Source: Podarcis muralis (lineage: Eukaryota). From it: DNA of 64,000 bases. Positions 1 to 12,298 of this stretch are shown here, piece after piece (the stretch's first letter is position 1; every line of letters begins with the position of its first letter). The DNA lies in contig NC_135662.1 of NCBI RefSeq assembly GCF_964188315.1, positions 78,926,001 through 78,990,000 on the forward strand, read 5' to 3'. The notes beneath the pieces are model-generated. The model searched no databases. It was not told where the DNA came from and worked only from the letters and a program-made list of their open reading frames with translations. Made by a program: the position numbers and the translations under genes.

Positions 1-1027
1 TGTATGTATTTGGCATTGGCAACTGAATAGTAAATTCGCCCGAACTCTCTTCCAAAGATAAACAGATACAGAGAGCTGGAACTGACATTTTAAATTTGGA
101 ATTCTGTTTCTGAGGGTGTGCATGGTTTTTCCCCCTGCCTAGGGTTGTGTGTGATCTTAATTCTTTGAGAAAGGGCGACCTCCATCATTTCTGTGAAAGG
201 ATGACATCAGCAGAATTACTCCAGAGGGAGTCTTTCTTGCTTAAGTCTCCCTCAGCTGGTGATCCTAAATACAACTGTTTGACAATGACCTGTAGCAAAA
301 TACATTTCACAGCCTTGCCCAATTCTTCTAAGTGTGAAATATATTCTTTAAGTGTTATTTTATCATTATTGTTATTCCCTGTTTTGCATGTGATGACGTG
401 AGATCGCAGAATGTATAGTTCTAAGGCACCTTGAACACTCCCTGGGTGTAAAGGCAGCAAAAGAATGAATTGAATTAAAATTAATTAATTTGGCCACAAA
501 AGTAGTTGGCAAAGGGAACAGCAAAAGCAGTGTAAGCAGGATTTAGGTCTAATGTGGCCTGTTCTGGACCTTCCCATAGCAGAGGCCATCCCTGCAAAAA
601 AATATCTGCACTAGCCTGTGCCGTCAAGAAGCTCTGTGTCCTCTGCTTGTTCAAGTTATTGTAGCACCTGCACATTTTCCATTAGTTGAGCCTCCTCAAA
701 CAGTATACAGCGCAGTACCCTTGCCTGAATGGGAGACCGCTGGCTGCACTCCCCTCAGTTTCTGTGGCAGAAGAATAGGTCATTGAATACAACAAGCTAC
801 ATTCTAATGATGATTCTGGGTGTTTTTTTTTTATAGCCACAGTACATTAATGGAACCTCCACTGTTCCTGGTGGGTGGGGAACAAACAGCAGGAGTGGGC
901 CTGCTTGTGGGCTTTCTGGAAACATCTGGTTCCTTTTATGTCCTTAGGATGATTGTGTTGATTTACTTGTGTGTGGTAGCATTTCTTTCTGTTAAGTAAT
1001 GCCAACAATTGTTTATTTGATTGATAA

Positions 1028-1222
<195 letters not shown>

Positions 1223-1299
1223 TGAGTTTTGATAACTTAAGCATTGGATATGTTCTTATGCTGAATTCTCTCTTCTTCCCTTAGCCTCCCAGGGACATT

Positions 1300-1395
1300 G
1301 GGTGGTATCCAAGTAAGTCATACTCAGAGTAGACCCGCCTTACTTAACGGACTTAAGTTAGTCATAGTCTGAGTACGACTTAGTCGGCTACACCC
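1300..1395. mobile_element. Small palindromic MITE
   Basis: Arms gggtggtatccaagtaagtcatactcaga and tctgagtacgacttagtcggctacaccc are imperfect reverse complements. Confidence 0.6.
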
Positions 1396-1885
1396 ATAGA
1401 ACCAATATTATCACTTCAGTCTTCCATCCATTCCACAAAAGTCTGTAGCATTTTTACTCTTTCGTTGAAATGTCATAGTAGAATTGTAGAGTTCGTGCCA
1501 TAACCAAGTATTTAAAGGTGCTCTGAACCAATAGCTGTAGTATGTGGTACTGATGGTTTTCTACTGTGGGTCTACAGTGAGTACAACCTGCAGGTACAAC
1601 AGTGGGTACAAAACCCAACGATTAATCCTATTCCCTACATTCTTGCCATGGAATAGAGCAGCAGCAAAAGTGCCTGACAGATCACCATCCGTGGCTGATG
1701 GGTGGGGTTGTGTTTGACCAAGTGGGTTAAAAAAAACCAAACACCTGCACAGGCCTGTGGGTTAAAATTACTGTCATTTGCTTTAAAATTCCTGTTATGT
1801 ATCTGAATTTGGGTGCAAATCAACTTCAATGTTTGCACAAGAAAAGAACAGGTGTGTATAAGATCTGGTGTGTAAGCAGTAAAAA

Positions 1886-2040
1886 CAGTGGCATAGCGTG
1901 GGGGTGCAGGGGGGGCCGGCTGCACCGGGTGCAACATCGGGGGGGGGGCGCGGAAGAGACTCGAGTGCTAAAATCCACGGGTTAGGGGGTGCAAATTACT
2001 TGCCTTGCCCCGGGTGCTGACAACCCACGCTACGCCACTG
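1886..2040. mobile_element. Non-autonomous hAT (Tip100-like) MITE
   Basis: TIRs cagtggcatagcgtgg / ccacgctacgccactg; perfect 8-bp TSD agtaaaaa at 1878-1885 and 2041-2048. Confidence 0.85.
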
Positions 2041-2439
2041 AGTAAAAATATTATGAATGAGTGACATTTTAGTGTAATCACGTTGATATGTTTTATGCGT
2101 ACTGATTCGTAAGTGGAATCAGGTAGATGAATAACAAAACTGAGATTGCAAACTTACTCAATTCAGGGTGAAGCCTTTAATCTTGTTCTCACAAACAGGT
2201 TGGATGAGACACCTTGGTTAGATTGCTACCTCCCCATGATTTCAGCTAGATAATCTGTGCAACTTCATCCAGTGGGCAGGCGACTGGGAGCAAAGGGTAG
2301 CAGAGTAGTAGATTACTTTAAATACATCCTCAGCATTACAAATATATCTTGTGCTAGTGTTGTTGTTTTTATAATTGACGAATGTGAAGTTCGTATGGCA
2401 AAAAGATACGTATCACAAAGGCAGGGTGCTGAACAATGA

Positions 2440-2687
2440 CCTGGCTCACTCATAACGTTGAACCATGGTTAGAATGAACTGGAGCTTAGTGGGAACACAA
2501 AGCATGCAAGTTCACACTCGTGCACAGCTCATGGTTTGTTTGGAGAGGAACAAACCACAAGCCCTGGGTTCACATGTCACAGTAAACCAGACTGTGTAGA
2601 AGTCGGGTGGGAGGAGCAAAAGGCCTGTGTTCACACAGAACTCTAGTTTATTTTAATTATGGTTTAATGTGGCATGCAAACCAGGCC
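2440..2687. mobile_element. Old degenerate palindromic MITE
   Basis: Degenerate inverted ends (cctggctcact...aaccatggtt / atggtttaatgt...aaaccaggcc); no clear TSD. Confidence 0.35.
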
Positions 2688-2848
2688 AATAGCTTCAGTT
2701 CCTTGAGTATTGGTCCTCTTCTGAAAGATGGCTTCCCAACTAGTTGTCATCCTGCATCCAACATGTTGCTATTGAGTTAAAAGCATTTCCACATACCTGC
2801 ATGCTATTGATTTTCCTGGCAATTTAACTGGGGTTCACGTGTTCCCTT

Positions 2849-3034
2849 GGGGAAGGGCCACAGCTCAATGGTAGAGCATCTGCCTTGCATGCAGAAGGTC
2901 GCAAGTTCAATCCCAGGTAGGGCTGGAAAAGAACCCTGCCTTAAACCCTGGAGTGCTGCTGCCAATCAAGTGCTGCCAGTACTGAGCCAGATGGATCAAT
3001 GGTCTGATTTGGTGTAAGGCAGATTTCTATATTC
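2849..3034 (+). mobile_element. tRNA-derived SINE, Squam3-like
   Basis: A-box head (agctcaatggtagagcatctgccttgcatgcagaaggtc), B-box-like agttcaatc, body ...agatggatcaatggtctgatttggtgtaaggcag; related copy at 20030-20196. Confidence 0.75.
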
Positions 3035-3166
3035 ATTCCTCCCTCCCTTCCTCCCTCTCAAGTTGTTCATATCTTCTTCAGACCTGGTATCTAGGATATG
3101 TGTCCTGATCTGGTGGGAATGGCTACCTTTTGTATTGATGCATTTTAAAAATGTAGACCTTACATA

Positions 3167-3518
3167 GTAAGGTAAAGGGACCCCTGACCGTTAGGTCCAG
3201 TCATGACTGACTCTGGGGTTGCGGCGCTCATCTCGCTTTATTGGCCGAGGGAGCCGGCGTACGGCTTCCGGGTCATGTGGCCAGCATGACCAAGCCGCTT
3301 CTGGCGAACCAGAGCAGCACACGGAAACGCCATTTACCTTTCCGCCAGAGCGGTACCTATTTATCTACTGGCACTTTGACGTGCTTTCGAACTGCTAGGT
3401 TGGCAGGAGCTGGGAACGAGCAACGGGAGCTCACCCCGTCGCGGGGATTCGAACCGCCAACCTTCTGATCGGCAAGTCCTAGGCTCTGTGGTTTAACCCA
3501 CAGCGCCACCCGCGTCCC
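3167..3518 (-). mobile_element. Sauria SINE (Squam1), full length
   Basis: Reverse complement reads gggacgcgggtggcgctgtgggttaaacc...ggtcaggggtccctttacctt; 13-bp TSD tagaccttacata (3154-3166, 3519-3531). Confidence 0.93.
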
Positions 3519-4466
3519 TAGACCTTACATAAATAACTATCAGATCTAATTTTATGCAAAGACAACAACATATAATCTATAATACTGGTTATAGTCATAT
3601 GTGGAACTTTAACTTTTATTTGTAATGGGGAAGTAGAGGAGAGTTACGGGACACATAAAATATTTCTGTTCTCATCAAAACCAGTAAAAAACTGTATTCG
3701 TTTTCTAGTTATTGCTGTTTGTAGCAAACCAGTGTCTGCAGGCTTTGATTCTTGGCAAATGCCAATGCTGTGGGCACTTTTTTGGCCTTTCAAATCTCTA
3801 TTGTGTGTGCTTCTAAATAAAACACTTTAGAGACTTTTTCTCAGTGGGTTGTTAAGCTCATTGATTTCAAAAGCATTTCAAGATTTAGGCCACAATCCAG
3901 GAAGCCACAGGAATAACAAGCACCAAAGTTTTTCCACTTCTCTGGGTTTTTTGTTTGTTTGTTTAAAGAACAGAAGCCCCCGATTCTATATGGTAAATAC
4001 CTTTTTCAGATTCCAAAACATTTGCATTATATCTGCAGAGAATTCGACAACAGTTTGTGATGCATAGGGAAGCTGCTGCTCAAAGACCAAAATAGTTGAA
4101 GCCCTGCCGAGCAAGCTCAAGCCCTTAGCTGAACCTCCCTGGATTATGGCTTTAGGCTACCATCTTCAAAAGCCTGCACCAGGAATATTTCCATGCATGC
4201 TCGACAGAAGTTGCCCATCAGGAAAAGATGGATTGAGCTGCATAGTGTTGTAACTTCCTGTATAGTTCATTCAAAATCAGTCTGTCTTTAAGTTAGGCAA
4301 TGATGGCCACAGCCGGTTTGGCAAAACTATTTGTGTGTGCAATTCGAACTCCCTTATTCACACACACAAGTACAGATATGTGTGTGCAGTGTAATCTGAA
4401 GCAATACAGCTGTACTACTTAATTCTACTGGTTTTTTAAGGTGACCCAAAGTTATGCCTTTCATAA

Positions 4467-4831
4467 AGGTAAAGGGACCCCTGACCATTAGGTCCAGTCG
4501 TGGCTGACTCTGGGGTTGTGGTGCTCATCTCGCTTTATTGGCCGAGGGAGCCGGCGTACAGCTTCCGGGTCATGTGGCCAGCATGACTAAGCCGCTTCTG
4601 GCAAACCAAAGCAGTGCACGGAAACGCCGTTTACCATCCTGCTGGAGCGGTACCTATTTATCTACTTGCACTTTTGACGTGCTTTCGAACTGCGAGGTTG
4701 GCAGGAGCAGGGACTGAGCAACGGGAGCTCACCCCGTCGCAGGGATTCAAACCGCCGACCTTCTGATCGGCAAGTCCTAGGCTCTGTGGTTTAGGCTCTG
4801 TGGTTTAACCCACAGCGCCACCCGCATCCCC
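4467..4831 (-). mobile_element. Sauria SINE, full length
   Basis: Same family; 14-bp TSD tatgcctttcataa (4453-4466, 4832-4845); internal 14-bp tandem duplication at 4778-4805. Confidence 0.93.
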
Positions 4832-5695
4832 TATGCCTTTCATAAGGATTAGCAATTACTGCATTTTAATTTGTATTCCAAGTGCCCCTTGTTGTGAACA
4901 GATATCACTTCTGCTTGCTGATATTCAGGGGGACGAGGGATGCTAGTTTCTGCTGAGTTCCTCTCTGGCTGAAGCCCACCCCCAATACTATGGAGGGGTG
5001 TGTGGGGTTGTGGCAGGAAGGGAGCCCCAAAGCTCTGCTGCATGCACAGAATTCCATGTGCAGTTCTTTGGATTCAAGTCAGTGGTATACTGTATCTTAA
5101 CTGAATCAAAGCACATTAAATCAGTATTCTTTTATAAAGACTATAAACCAACAAAATAGTTCTATTAGCGCAAGCACTTTTAACGGCACAGTAGAATTCC
5201 TCTGCCTTCTTCTTTCCCCACATGACCCCTAAAACTGCTCTGGGGCTTCCCCCAACCGCCCAGAAAAGATTTAGGGGGTCTGCAGGAAAAGTAGAGGGCA
5301 GGGAAGTTTCATTGCACAGCTAGAAGTCTTTGCAGTAGCAGAACTGTTAGACACCACCCTTTGTCACATACTGCTGCTCCTTGATTCTTCCTTTAAACTG
5401 TGTTCTTGCCTGGTCTCCAAATTTACCCTTTTCTTGATTCTTTTTTAAGAGTGAGATGAATGAACAGGCACTTGGTATCCATTGTGCCAGGTCCACCATC
5501 TTCTTAGCTTAGATCAGTGAAGACACTGAATATTTGCGAGTTACCTCTGTGAAGCTGTCACTCTGACTTTTAGCATCATATGGCTGAAAAGAAAAAGAGG
5601 TCCAACTCATAGCTTCACATAGACTACTGTACAGCATACCCACAGTTTACACTGGGTTATGTTCAGAGGATAGCACCTAAGGCCAAAATCACGTA

Positions 5696-5936
5696 CAGTC
5701 ATACCTTGGATCTTGAACGGCTTTGTTGCCAAACATTTCGGCTCCCGAATGATTGAAAACCAGAAGTGAGTGCTCCAGTTTTCAAATGAGTTTTGGAAGC
5801 CGAACATCCAGCACGACTTCCGATTGGCTGCAGGAAGCTCCTGCAGCTAATTGGAAGCCACGCCTTGGTTATCGAACGTTTTGGAAGTCAAACGGGCTTC
5901 CGGAATGGATTCCGTTTGGCTTCCAAGGTACGACTG
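5696..5936. mobile_element. TcMar/Tigger-like MITE, family A
   Basis: TIRs cagtcataccttgg / ccaaggtacgactg with TA on both sides; relatives at 20787 and 35760. Confidence 0.8.
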
Positions 5937-7337
5937 TATAGTTAAAACACATTGGGTACAAGGGTGAGTGGGATTGCTAAAGTTATCCCCACGGACGCCC
6001 AACCACTTTCTGCTCTCCTTTAATTTTTAATTTTTTTAATGTTACCAGCTGAATAAAGCTGAATGCACACAAGTTAAATGCATGCAAGTTGCAGGTCTAC
6101 TGTATACTGTATTTTATCTTCCAATGATATTGTGGGCTCGGATTTTGTTGAAGGGAATAAGGTGAAAGGGAGAGAGTTTTGGTTTTGTTAGAAGTAAAAA
6201 TAAATGAATTTTAACACTACCGTGGCTAAAACAAATGCACTTTAACAAGTGCTTTACATTTTAAGATGTGCTGTGAACGGAATTACCATTTTCATTGCAT
6301 GTTTATTCTTTTTTATTTGTTTTCCAAAATTGTATAGAGCACCTCTCATCCAAAGCCCCAACTTTATACACAGCCCAAGGGGCAAATCCATATAAAATGC
6401 TTTAAAATAGGCCCAATTATGAAATTACTTATATTCTGGCAACTTTCAGTTATTTAATTTTTATTGCTCTTGCATCTCTGCTGCTCACTGCTTTTAAATT
6501 CAATTATAGTTATTTAGATTCTTTTAGTATTGTCATCCATAGCTGAAAATATTGGATTTCTTACTAACAGGCTTTAAGCCAGCAGCAAAATATATTATGC
6601 ACTTAGCACTCTTATTCTGAAGTTAATAAATGCCAACTAAAATTCAATGCTTTCTTAGAAGCAGGAAAGTAGATAGGATTAGCAAGACAAATGGAAAATT
6701 TCCAGATGGAAAATTTAAAAATCAGCTATTACTTTTCTCCCTAATCCCACCTGCACACCTGCCCCACTTTGATCTAGTGTCTACCTAATACTAGGCCAAA
6801 GCATGACTTAGCACAAGTGAGAAAACATGCACAGTATCGCAGAAAGGAGATTGTGGCCTGTTTGCTGCCCTTGGATTACTCTGCTGTCATGCTGGATTAA
6901 GCCATGCTTTGGGTTCATGATTCTATTATATGAAACTGGGCTCATGGCTTAGCTTTCTGCAGGCAGTCCATGATTTGTAACAAAGATTTGTCCTATGCTT
7001 TACAGATCTTAGTTTGTCTGGGAGAGCTAAACCACAAGCTGAGGTTGAGACGACATACTAAGCCAAACAGTGATCATTGCCTCAATGGGACACCATTTTA
7101 TGTTTCTCTACGCTTACCAAAGGAAACACTAGCCTAGAAATTAATGAATAAAGAATTGGGATTCTTCACTGATAGCTTACTGCAGGGTCTGAACTTAGGG
7201 TCATTGGAAAATGTTTTGTAAGAGAAACTAAATTTTTATCTTTTCTTTTTTTCTAAAAAAAAAAAAAAAAGAGTTTCTCTCCATGTTGCTACAGGGATGC
7301 TTGCAGAATTTGTGCCTGCATTCTCTAAAACACAGTG

Positions 7338-7562
7338 CAGTAATACATCCGCAAACGTCTGCCTCGTCCAGCTTCCATTCTGGCGAATGTCCGCGGCAAA
7401 CCCGGAGGTAACGGAATGGGTTACTTCCGGGTTTGCTGCTCATGCATGAACAGAAGTGCTAAATTGCGCATGCGCAGAAGACATGGCACTTGGCCCTGCG
7501 TCTTTATCGGCTAGTGGCCAGGGCTCCGGAATGGATCCTGGTTGCAAAACAAGGTGCAACTG
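7338..7562. mobile_element. Tigger-like MITE, family B, degenerate
   Basis: Core cccggaggtaacggaatgggttacttccggg and gcgcatgcgcagaag shared with the 20409 and 23932 copies. Confidence 0.65.
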
Positions 7563-7705
7563 TAGTTCTGTCCTTATGAGGTTGTTTGCACTTGAATTCA
7601 GTCATGGATTTCAGGTGAAAACAAAAACAGCCAATATGTGGGGCTTTCTCCCCTTCTGCTCCTGCCAAATGATTCATATTCATTCTCTCTAACAGATGTG
7701 TATTA

Positions 7706-8044
7706 CAGTGGTGCCTCGCAAGACGAAAATAATCCGTTCCGCGAGTCTCTTCGTCTAGCGGTTTTTTCGTCTTACAACCCTATTAGCGGATTAGCGCTAT
7801 TAGCGGTTTAGCGGCTTAGCGGCTATTAAAGGCTTAGCGGCTTAGCGGCTAAAAGGCTATTAGCGGCTTAGCGGCTTAGAAAAGGGGGGGGGAGCGAAAA
7901 AAATCGCAAGACTCGCAAGATGTTTTCGTCTTGCGAAGCAAGCCCATAGGGAAATTTGTCTTGCAAAGCAACTCAAAAACGGAAAACCCTTTCGTCTAGC
8001 GAGTTTTTCGTCTTGTGAGGCATTCGTCTTGCGGGGCACCACTG
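7706..8044. mobile_element. Tigger-like MITE, family C, with internal (ttagcggc)n repeats
   Basis: TIRs cagtggtgcctcgcaagacg / cgtcttgcggggcaccactg; TA TSD; inverted sister copy at 34453-34819. Confidence 0.85.
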
Positions 8045-8099
8045 TACATACAAAATCTGTAATGTAAGATGCTGTAGTGTAGTATATTCATTCCCACAG

Positions 8100-8180
8100 G
8101 GGTGACCATGTTAGTCTGTTGAAGCAAAAACAACGAGGAGTCTGGTGGTACCTTAAAGACTAATAGATTTATTGTGGCAA
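8100..8180. mobile_element. Short Penelope-like terminal fragment
   Basis: ggtgaccatgttagtctgttgaagcaaaaacaacgaggagtctggtggtaccttaaagactaatagattt resembles the recalled sauropsid Penelope terminal repeat. Confidence 0.5.
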
Positions 8181-9547
8181 TATAGAAGTCATCTGAAACT
8201 AAATATTCTTGACATCAACCTAATTACTTGGCTATATGTTGAGCCTTGGTTATCCTCAGCTGCTCTTGTTCTCATGCTTTTATTCTAGTTGTCAAGTGAA
8301 GTGTGCTTCTGAAAATCTGCAGAAGCAATAGTTTCTGTGACATGTTATATCACTTTACTGAACTTTTAACCTGTCTTGTTCTCAAAAAAAGACAACATAT
8401 GAATAACCAAGGAGAATTTTATGGTTCCTGAAATATTTTCATCAGTTTTAACAGGTCCCAGAAAATGAGACAGAAGTAATGAACTCAAGCCTTGAATGTC
8501 TGTAGCGATGTTTAGACAGGAATCAAGTAAGAGGTATTAGTGTTGTAAACAGCATCAAAACACATACACGGAGCAATATGGGCCCCCAAATATAACATGA
8601 TGAGCTTGATTTCCAGATATCAGAAACGTTCAGAAAGTTATCAAATCCGTACTAGTTTTGAAGGTCAGCTAAAACCACACCAAAAACTTCAAGATTTGTG
8701 GTATCCTTGGTGGTGCATTGCAAAGCCATTTGATCTTGAAAGAAAGACAGCGTAACAATATGGTAGCACAAACCTGTACATGTCTTCAAAAGTTGTATTT
8801 ATTCTGAAGCCAGCCATTAAGGAATTTATTTGAACTAAAAAGCTCGTTCTATGGGCTTGGAGGACACGCAGGTGTAGTTGGTGAAGTGGCAGTGATCTAT
8901 CAGCCACATTGGGCTGTGAGCTACCAGAAATACCAGGTTCCTTGCTAGCTGTAAACATCTCTGAATCTTCTGCGTTCTCCCTGTTCTCAGGGTGATAATA
9001 CATTTCAGGTACAAGGAGCTGGAACTGTTGCGGTCCTTAATTTATGCTGTCATCCTATTGCAGCATCATTTTGGGGGAGACAACTGTTTAGTAACCAGAA
9101 TGCCTTATTCTACATTCTGAGCATCTACAGCTATATCACCCACTGTTGGTCGGTACAATACGCCAATGCTCTCTTTTCACAAAGCAGCAACTGCTTGTTC
9201 CACTACTTCCCTGCATAGAGCCATCATGCTCTCATAAAGGTTAAGCCATTGATTTGGAGTTTACTGAAACACAGTATACTGAAATGGTACTGTAGATGTG
9301 ACGCTCCTGTTGTTCTGGGTGGAAGACGTTACACTCATTTGGAAGTCCTAACTGAATCAGATTGTTTTCAAGTGGTAAAGCGAAGGTTTGATGTATTGTG
9401 TGTTGAATTGTCTCACCCCATCTTATTATGATACAATATTAAAACAACATACAGACTGTGTGTCCATACATTTCTGGTCAGATATTTTGTACTCAGCAGG
9501 CTTTGTAGGGGCTCACTTATCCAACATGGTGGATGCTTTCATGGTGT

Positions 9548-10020
9548 TGTTGTTGTTGTTTAGTCGTTTAGGCATGTCCGACTCTTCGTGACCCCATGGA
9601 CCAGAGCACACCAGGCACTCCTGTCTTCCACTGCCTCCCACAGTTTGGTCAGACTCATGCTGGTAGCTTCGAGAACACTGTCCAACCATCTCGTCCTCTG
9701 TCATCCCCTTCTCTTGTGCCCTCAATCTTCCCCAACATCAGGGTCTTTTCCAGGGAGTCTTCTCTTCTCATGAGGTGGCCAGAGTATTGGAGGCTCAGCT
9801 TCACGAACTGTCCTTCCAGTGAGCAGTCAGGGCTGATTTCCTTAAGAATGGATAGGTTTGCTCTTCTTGCAGTCCATGGGACTCTCAAGAGTCTCCTCCA
9901 ACACCATAATTCAAAAGCATCAATTCTTCCACGATCAGCCTTCTTTATGGTCCAGCTCTCACTTCCATACATCACTACTGGGAAACCATAGCTTTAACTA
10001 TACGGACCTTTGTTGGCAAG
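9548..10020 (-). mobile_element. BovB (RTE) LINE, 3' fragment
   Basis: Minus-strand ORF MYGSESWTIKKADRGRIDAFELWCWRRLLRVPWTARR...TLMLGKIEG (BovB C-terminus); (caa)n tail at ~9548-9560. Confidence 0.93.
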
Positions 10021-10130
10021 AGATAAAAGGAACTACTGGCAAGTTTGGCCTTGGAGGTCAAAACAAAGCAGGGCAAAGGCTAATAGAGTTCTGCCAAGAG
10101 AACAAGCTGGTCATCACAAACACTCTTTCA
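10017..10130 (+). mobile_element. Inverted BovB endonuclease-domain fragment, same insertion as 9548-10020
   Basis: Plus strand translates QEIKGTTGKFGLGGQNKAGQRLIEFCQENKLVITNTL, the BovB APE region; shares a 12-bp TSD with the 3' fragment. Confidence 0.8.
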
Positions 10131-11035
10131 TGGTGTAGAAGTTCTCAAATTATATTTGGAAGGTGTCTTCAATGCACAACAGACTCCCTGGCAGGACTCA
10201 AAATATGTTACTGAGCTTGCCAAACTTACTTCTTCAACACCAAATTGTATATGATTCTTTGCCTTCACAATGAGATGATAAGAGTATTTATCTGCTTGAA
10301 AAAATGTGATAGAGAATATGGTAAATGTAATTACTTTCATTGCCATGAAGAAAAATATTTGATTTTCACTGGTGCTGCAAAGAAACTGGTCAGAGCCCTC
10401 TCATAGCCATATCTGGGTGGTAGGCTATTTAGGACTGCTTCCTCCTAGAAATTCACAGTCAATTGGATTCCAGGGCACTTTGCAGAATGTAGATCCTAAC
10501 CTTGATTAGTGTCCTTTTAAAGTTTTGTTGAACTTTGGAACTGCAAACTAATTGGATATTGGCTATAACTAATAGCCTCTGGCCTGCAGAAAGTTCCAAA
10601 GCTCCATTTTGTAAGGTTTATGGAGCTTGCAGAATTTGATCTAATTAATATGTGTATTCTATTTCTGCTACTTAGAAAGCAATCTCCTAGCTCTCTATCA
10701 CTTTCCATTGTTTTTGCACCAAAAGGCATATGTTAAGCATCCCTAGATGTTCTAGACATTCTAGAGGATGGCTAGGCAATGTGGTAGCCTCCAGGTGTCA
10801 TAGACTACAAAGTTTCCTCAAGCAGTATGTTCAATAGTAAGAGCTGATGGGATATTGCCCGGCCCTGAACTTTTCCCATTTCTTTCCAGAGACAGAAATG
10901 TTTCACAGACCTGAAACATTGTAGATTAGATTAGATTAGATTAGTACTTTCAGGACTAGCTCAGTTGTCAAACACTAAAATACTTAATGTGAATTAACCA
11001 AGCTAATGACATAAATTTGTGTGTGTGTGTGTGTA

Positions 11036-11281
11036 CAGTGGTACCTCGGGTTACATATGCTTCAGGTTACATACGCTTCAGGTTACGGACTCCGCTAACC
11101 CAGAAATAGTGCTTCAGGTTAAGAACTTTGCTTCAGGATGAGAACAGAAATCGTGCTCTGGCGGCGCAGCAGCAGCAGCAGGAGGCCCCATTAGCTAACC
11201 TGAAGTGGTGCTTCAGGTTAAGAACAGTTTCAGGTTAAGTACGGACCTCCGGAACGAATTAAGTACTTAACCCGAGGTACC

Positions 11282-11285
<4 letters not shown>
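11036..11285. mobile_element. Tigger-like MITE, family D
   Basis: TIRs cagtggtacctcgggtt / aacccgaggtaccact; relatives at 23660, 33617, 40823. Confidence 0.85.

Positions 11286-11339
<54 letters not shown>
11286..11339. repeat. (GT)n(TA)n compound microsatellite
   Basis: Read directly; lies between two MITEs. Confidence 0.95.
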
Positions 11340-12298
11340 CAGTGGTGCCTCGCAAGACGAAATTAATTCGTTCCGCAAGTCTCTTCGTCTTGCGATGCAC
11401 GGTTTCCCATAGGAATGCATTGAAAATCAATTAATGCGTTCCTAGGGAAACCGCCTTCAGACCAGGTCCGGGGACAGTCTGTCCCCCGACCTCTTCTGAA
11501 GGCCGGCGGGGGGCGAAAGTCTTTGCTCCCCCCCTGCCTTCAAAGGCTGTCCACCCAGGCTTCGCGGACCTCTCCGCAAGCAGCGGCAGCGCTGCCGCTG
11601 CTTGCGGAGAGTTGCCGGCATGCTGAAGCCTGGGCGCACCGAGATCAGCACGCCCAGGCTTCGCGGACCTCTCCGCAAAAAGCGGCAGCGCTGCCGCTGC
11701 TTGCGGAGAGATGCCGGCATCCTGAAGCCTGGGCGCGCCGAGATCAGCGCGCCCAGGCTTCGCGGCCCCGCCCCCGGCATCGGGACATGGTCCCGATGGC
11801 GGGCGGCGGGGGGAGGCGTTCCCGCCCGTCCACCGGCATCGGGGCATGGTCCTGATGGCGGGCGGCGGGGGGAGGCGTTCCCGCCCCACCGCCCGGCATC
11901 GGGGCATGGTCCGGGGCTTTTAAATTGCCCCGGAACAGCGGAGAAGTCCCCCGCTGTCCCGGGGCTTTTTAAAATGCTGGCGGGCGACAGCGGAGGCTTC
12001 GCTCCCGCCCGCCAGCATTTTAAGATCGCCCCGACAGCGGAGAAGTCCCCCGCTGTCCCGGGGCTTTTTAAAATGCTGGCGGGCGACAGCGGAGGCTTCG
12101 CTCCCGCCCGCCAGCATTTTAAGATCGCCCCGACAGCGGAGAAGTCCCCCGCTGTCCCGGGGCTTTTTAAAATGCTGGCGGGCGACAGCGGAGGCGCTTC
12201 GCTCCTGTCCCGGAGATTTCCCTATGGGCTTTCGTCTTGCGAAGCAAGCCCATAGGGAACTTCGTCTTGCGAGGCGTTCGTCTTGCGGGGTACCACTG
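11340..12298. mobile_element. 959-bp Tigger-like non-autonomous element (family C ends) with GC-rich tandem arrays
   Basis: TIRs cagtggtgcctcgcaagacg / cgtcttgcggggtaccactg; TA TSD; two internal 99-bp-period arrays and one ~60-bp-period array. Confidence 0.85.

Noticed and set aside
727-743. gaatgggagaccgctgg, similar to the 5S rRNA internal control region
   Set aside because: Only ~17 nt with no flanking 5S similarity; at most a remnant of a 5S-derived SINE.
2849-2925. tRNA-like heads as tRNA genes (also 16693, 59228)
   Set aside because: They continue into SINE bodies and lack intact cloverleafs.
3241-3468. Recurrent ORFs of the GHVASMTKPLL type (also 26664, 37107, 57381, 61162, 62457)
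   Set aside because: Translations of non-coding Sauria SINE sequence.
11554-12195. Palindromic repeat arrays as a CRISPR- or REP-like system
   Set aside because: Units are contiguous with no unique spacers, no cas genes, and the context is a vertebrate intron.
11602-12255. 217-aa ORF (and overlapping 158-aa ORF) with 33-aa repeats
   Set aside because: Lies within a TIR element; GC-rich 99-bp repeats lack stops in several frames on both strands; no transposase motif or recognisable domain.
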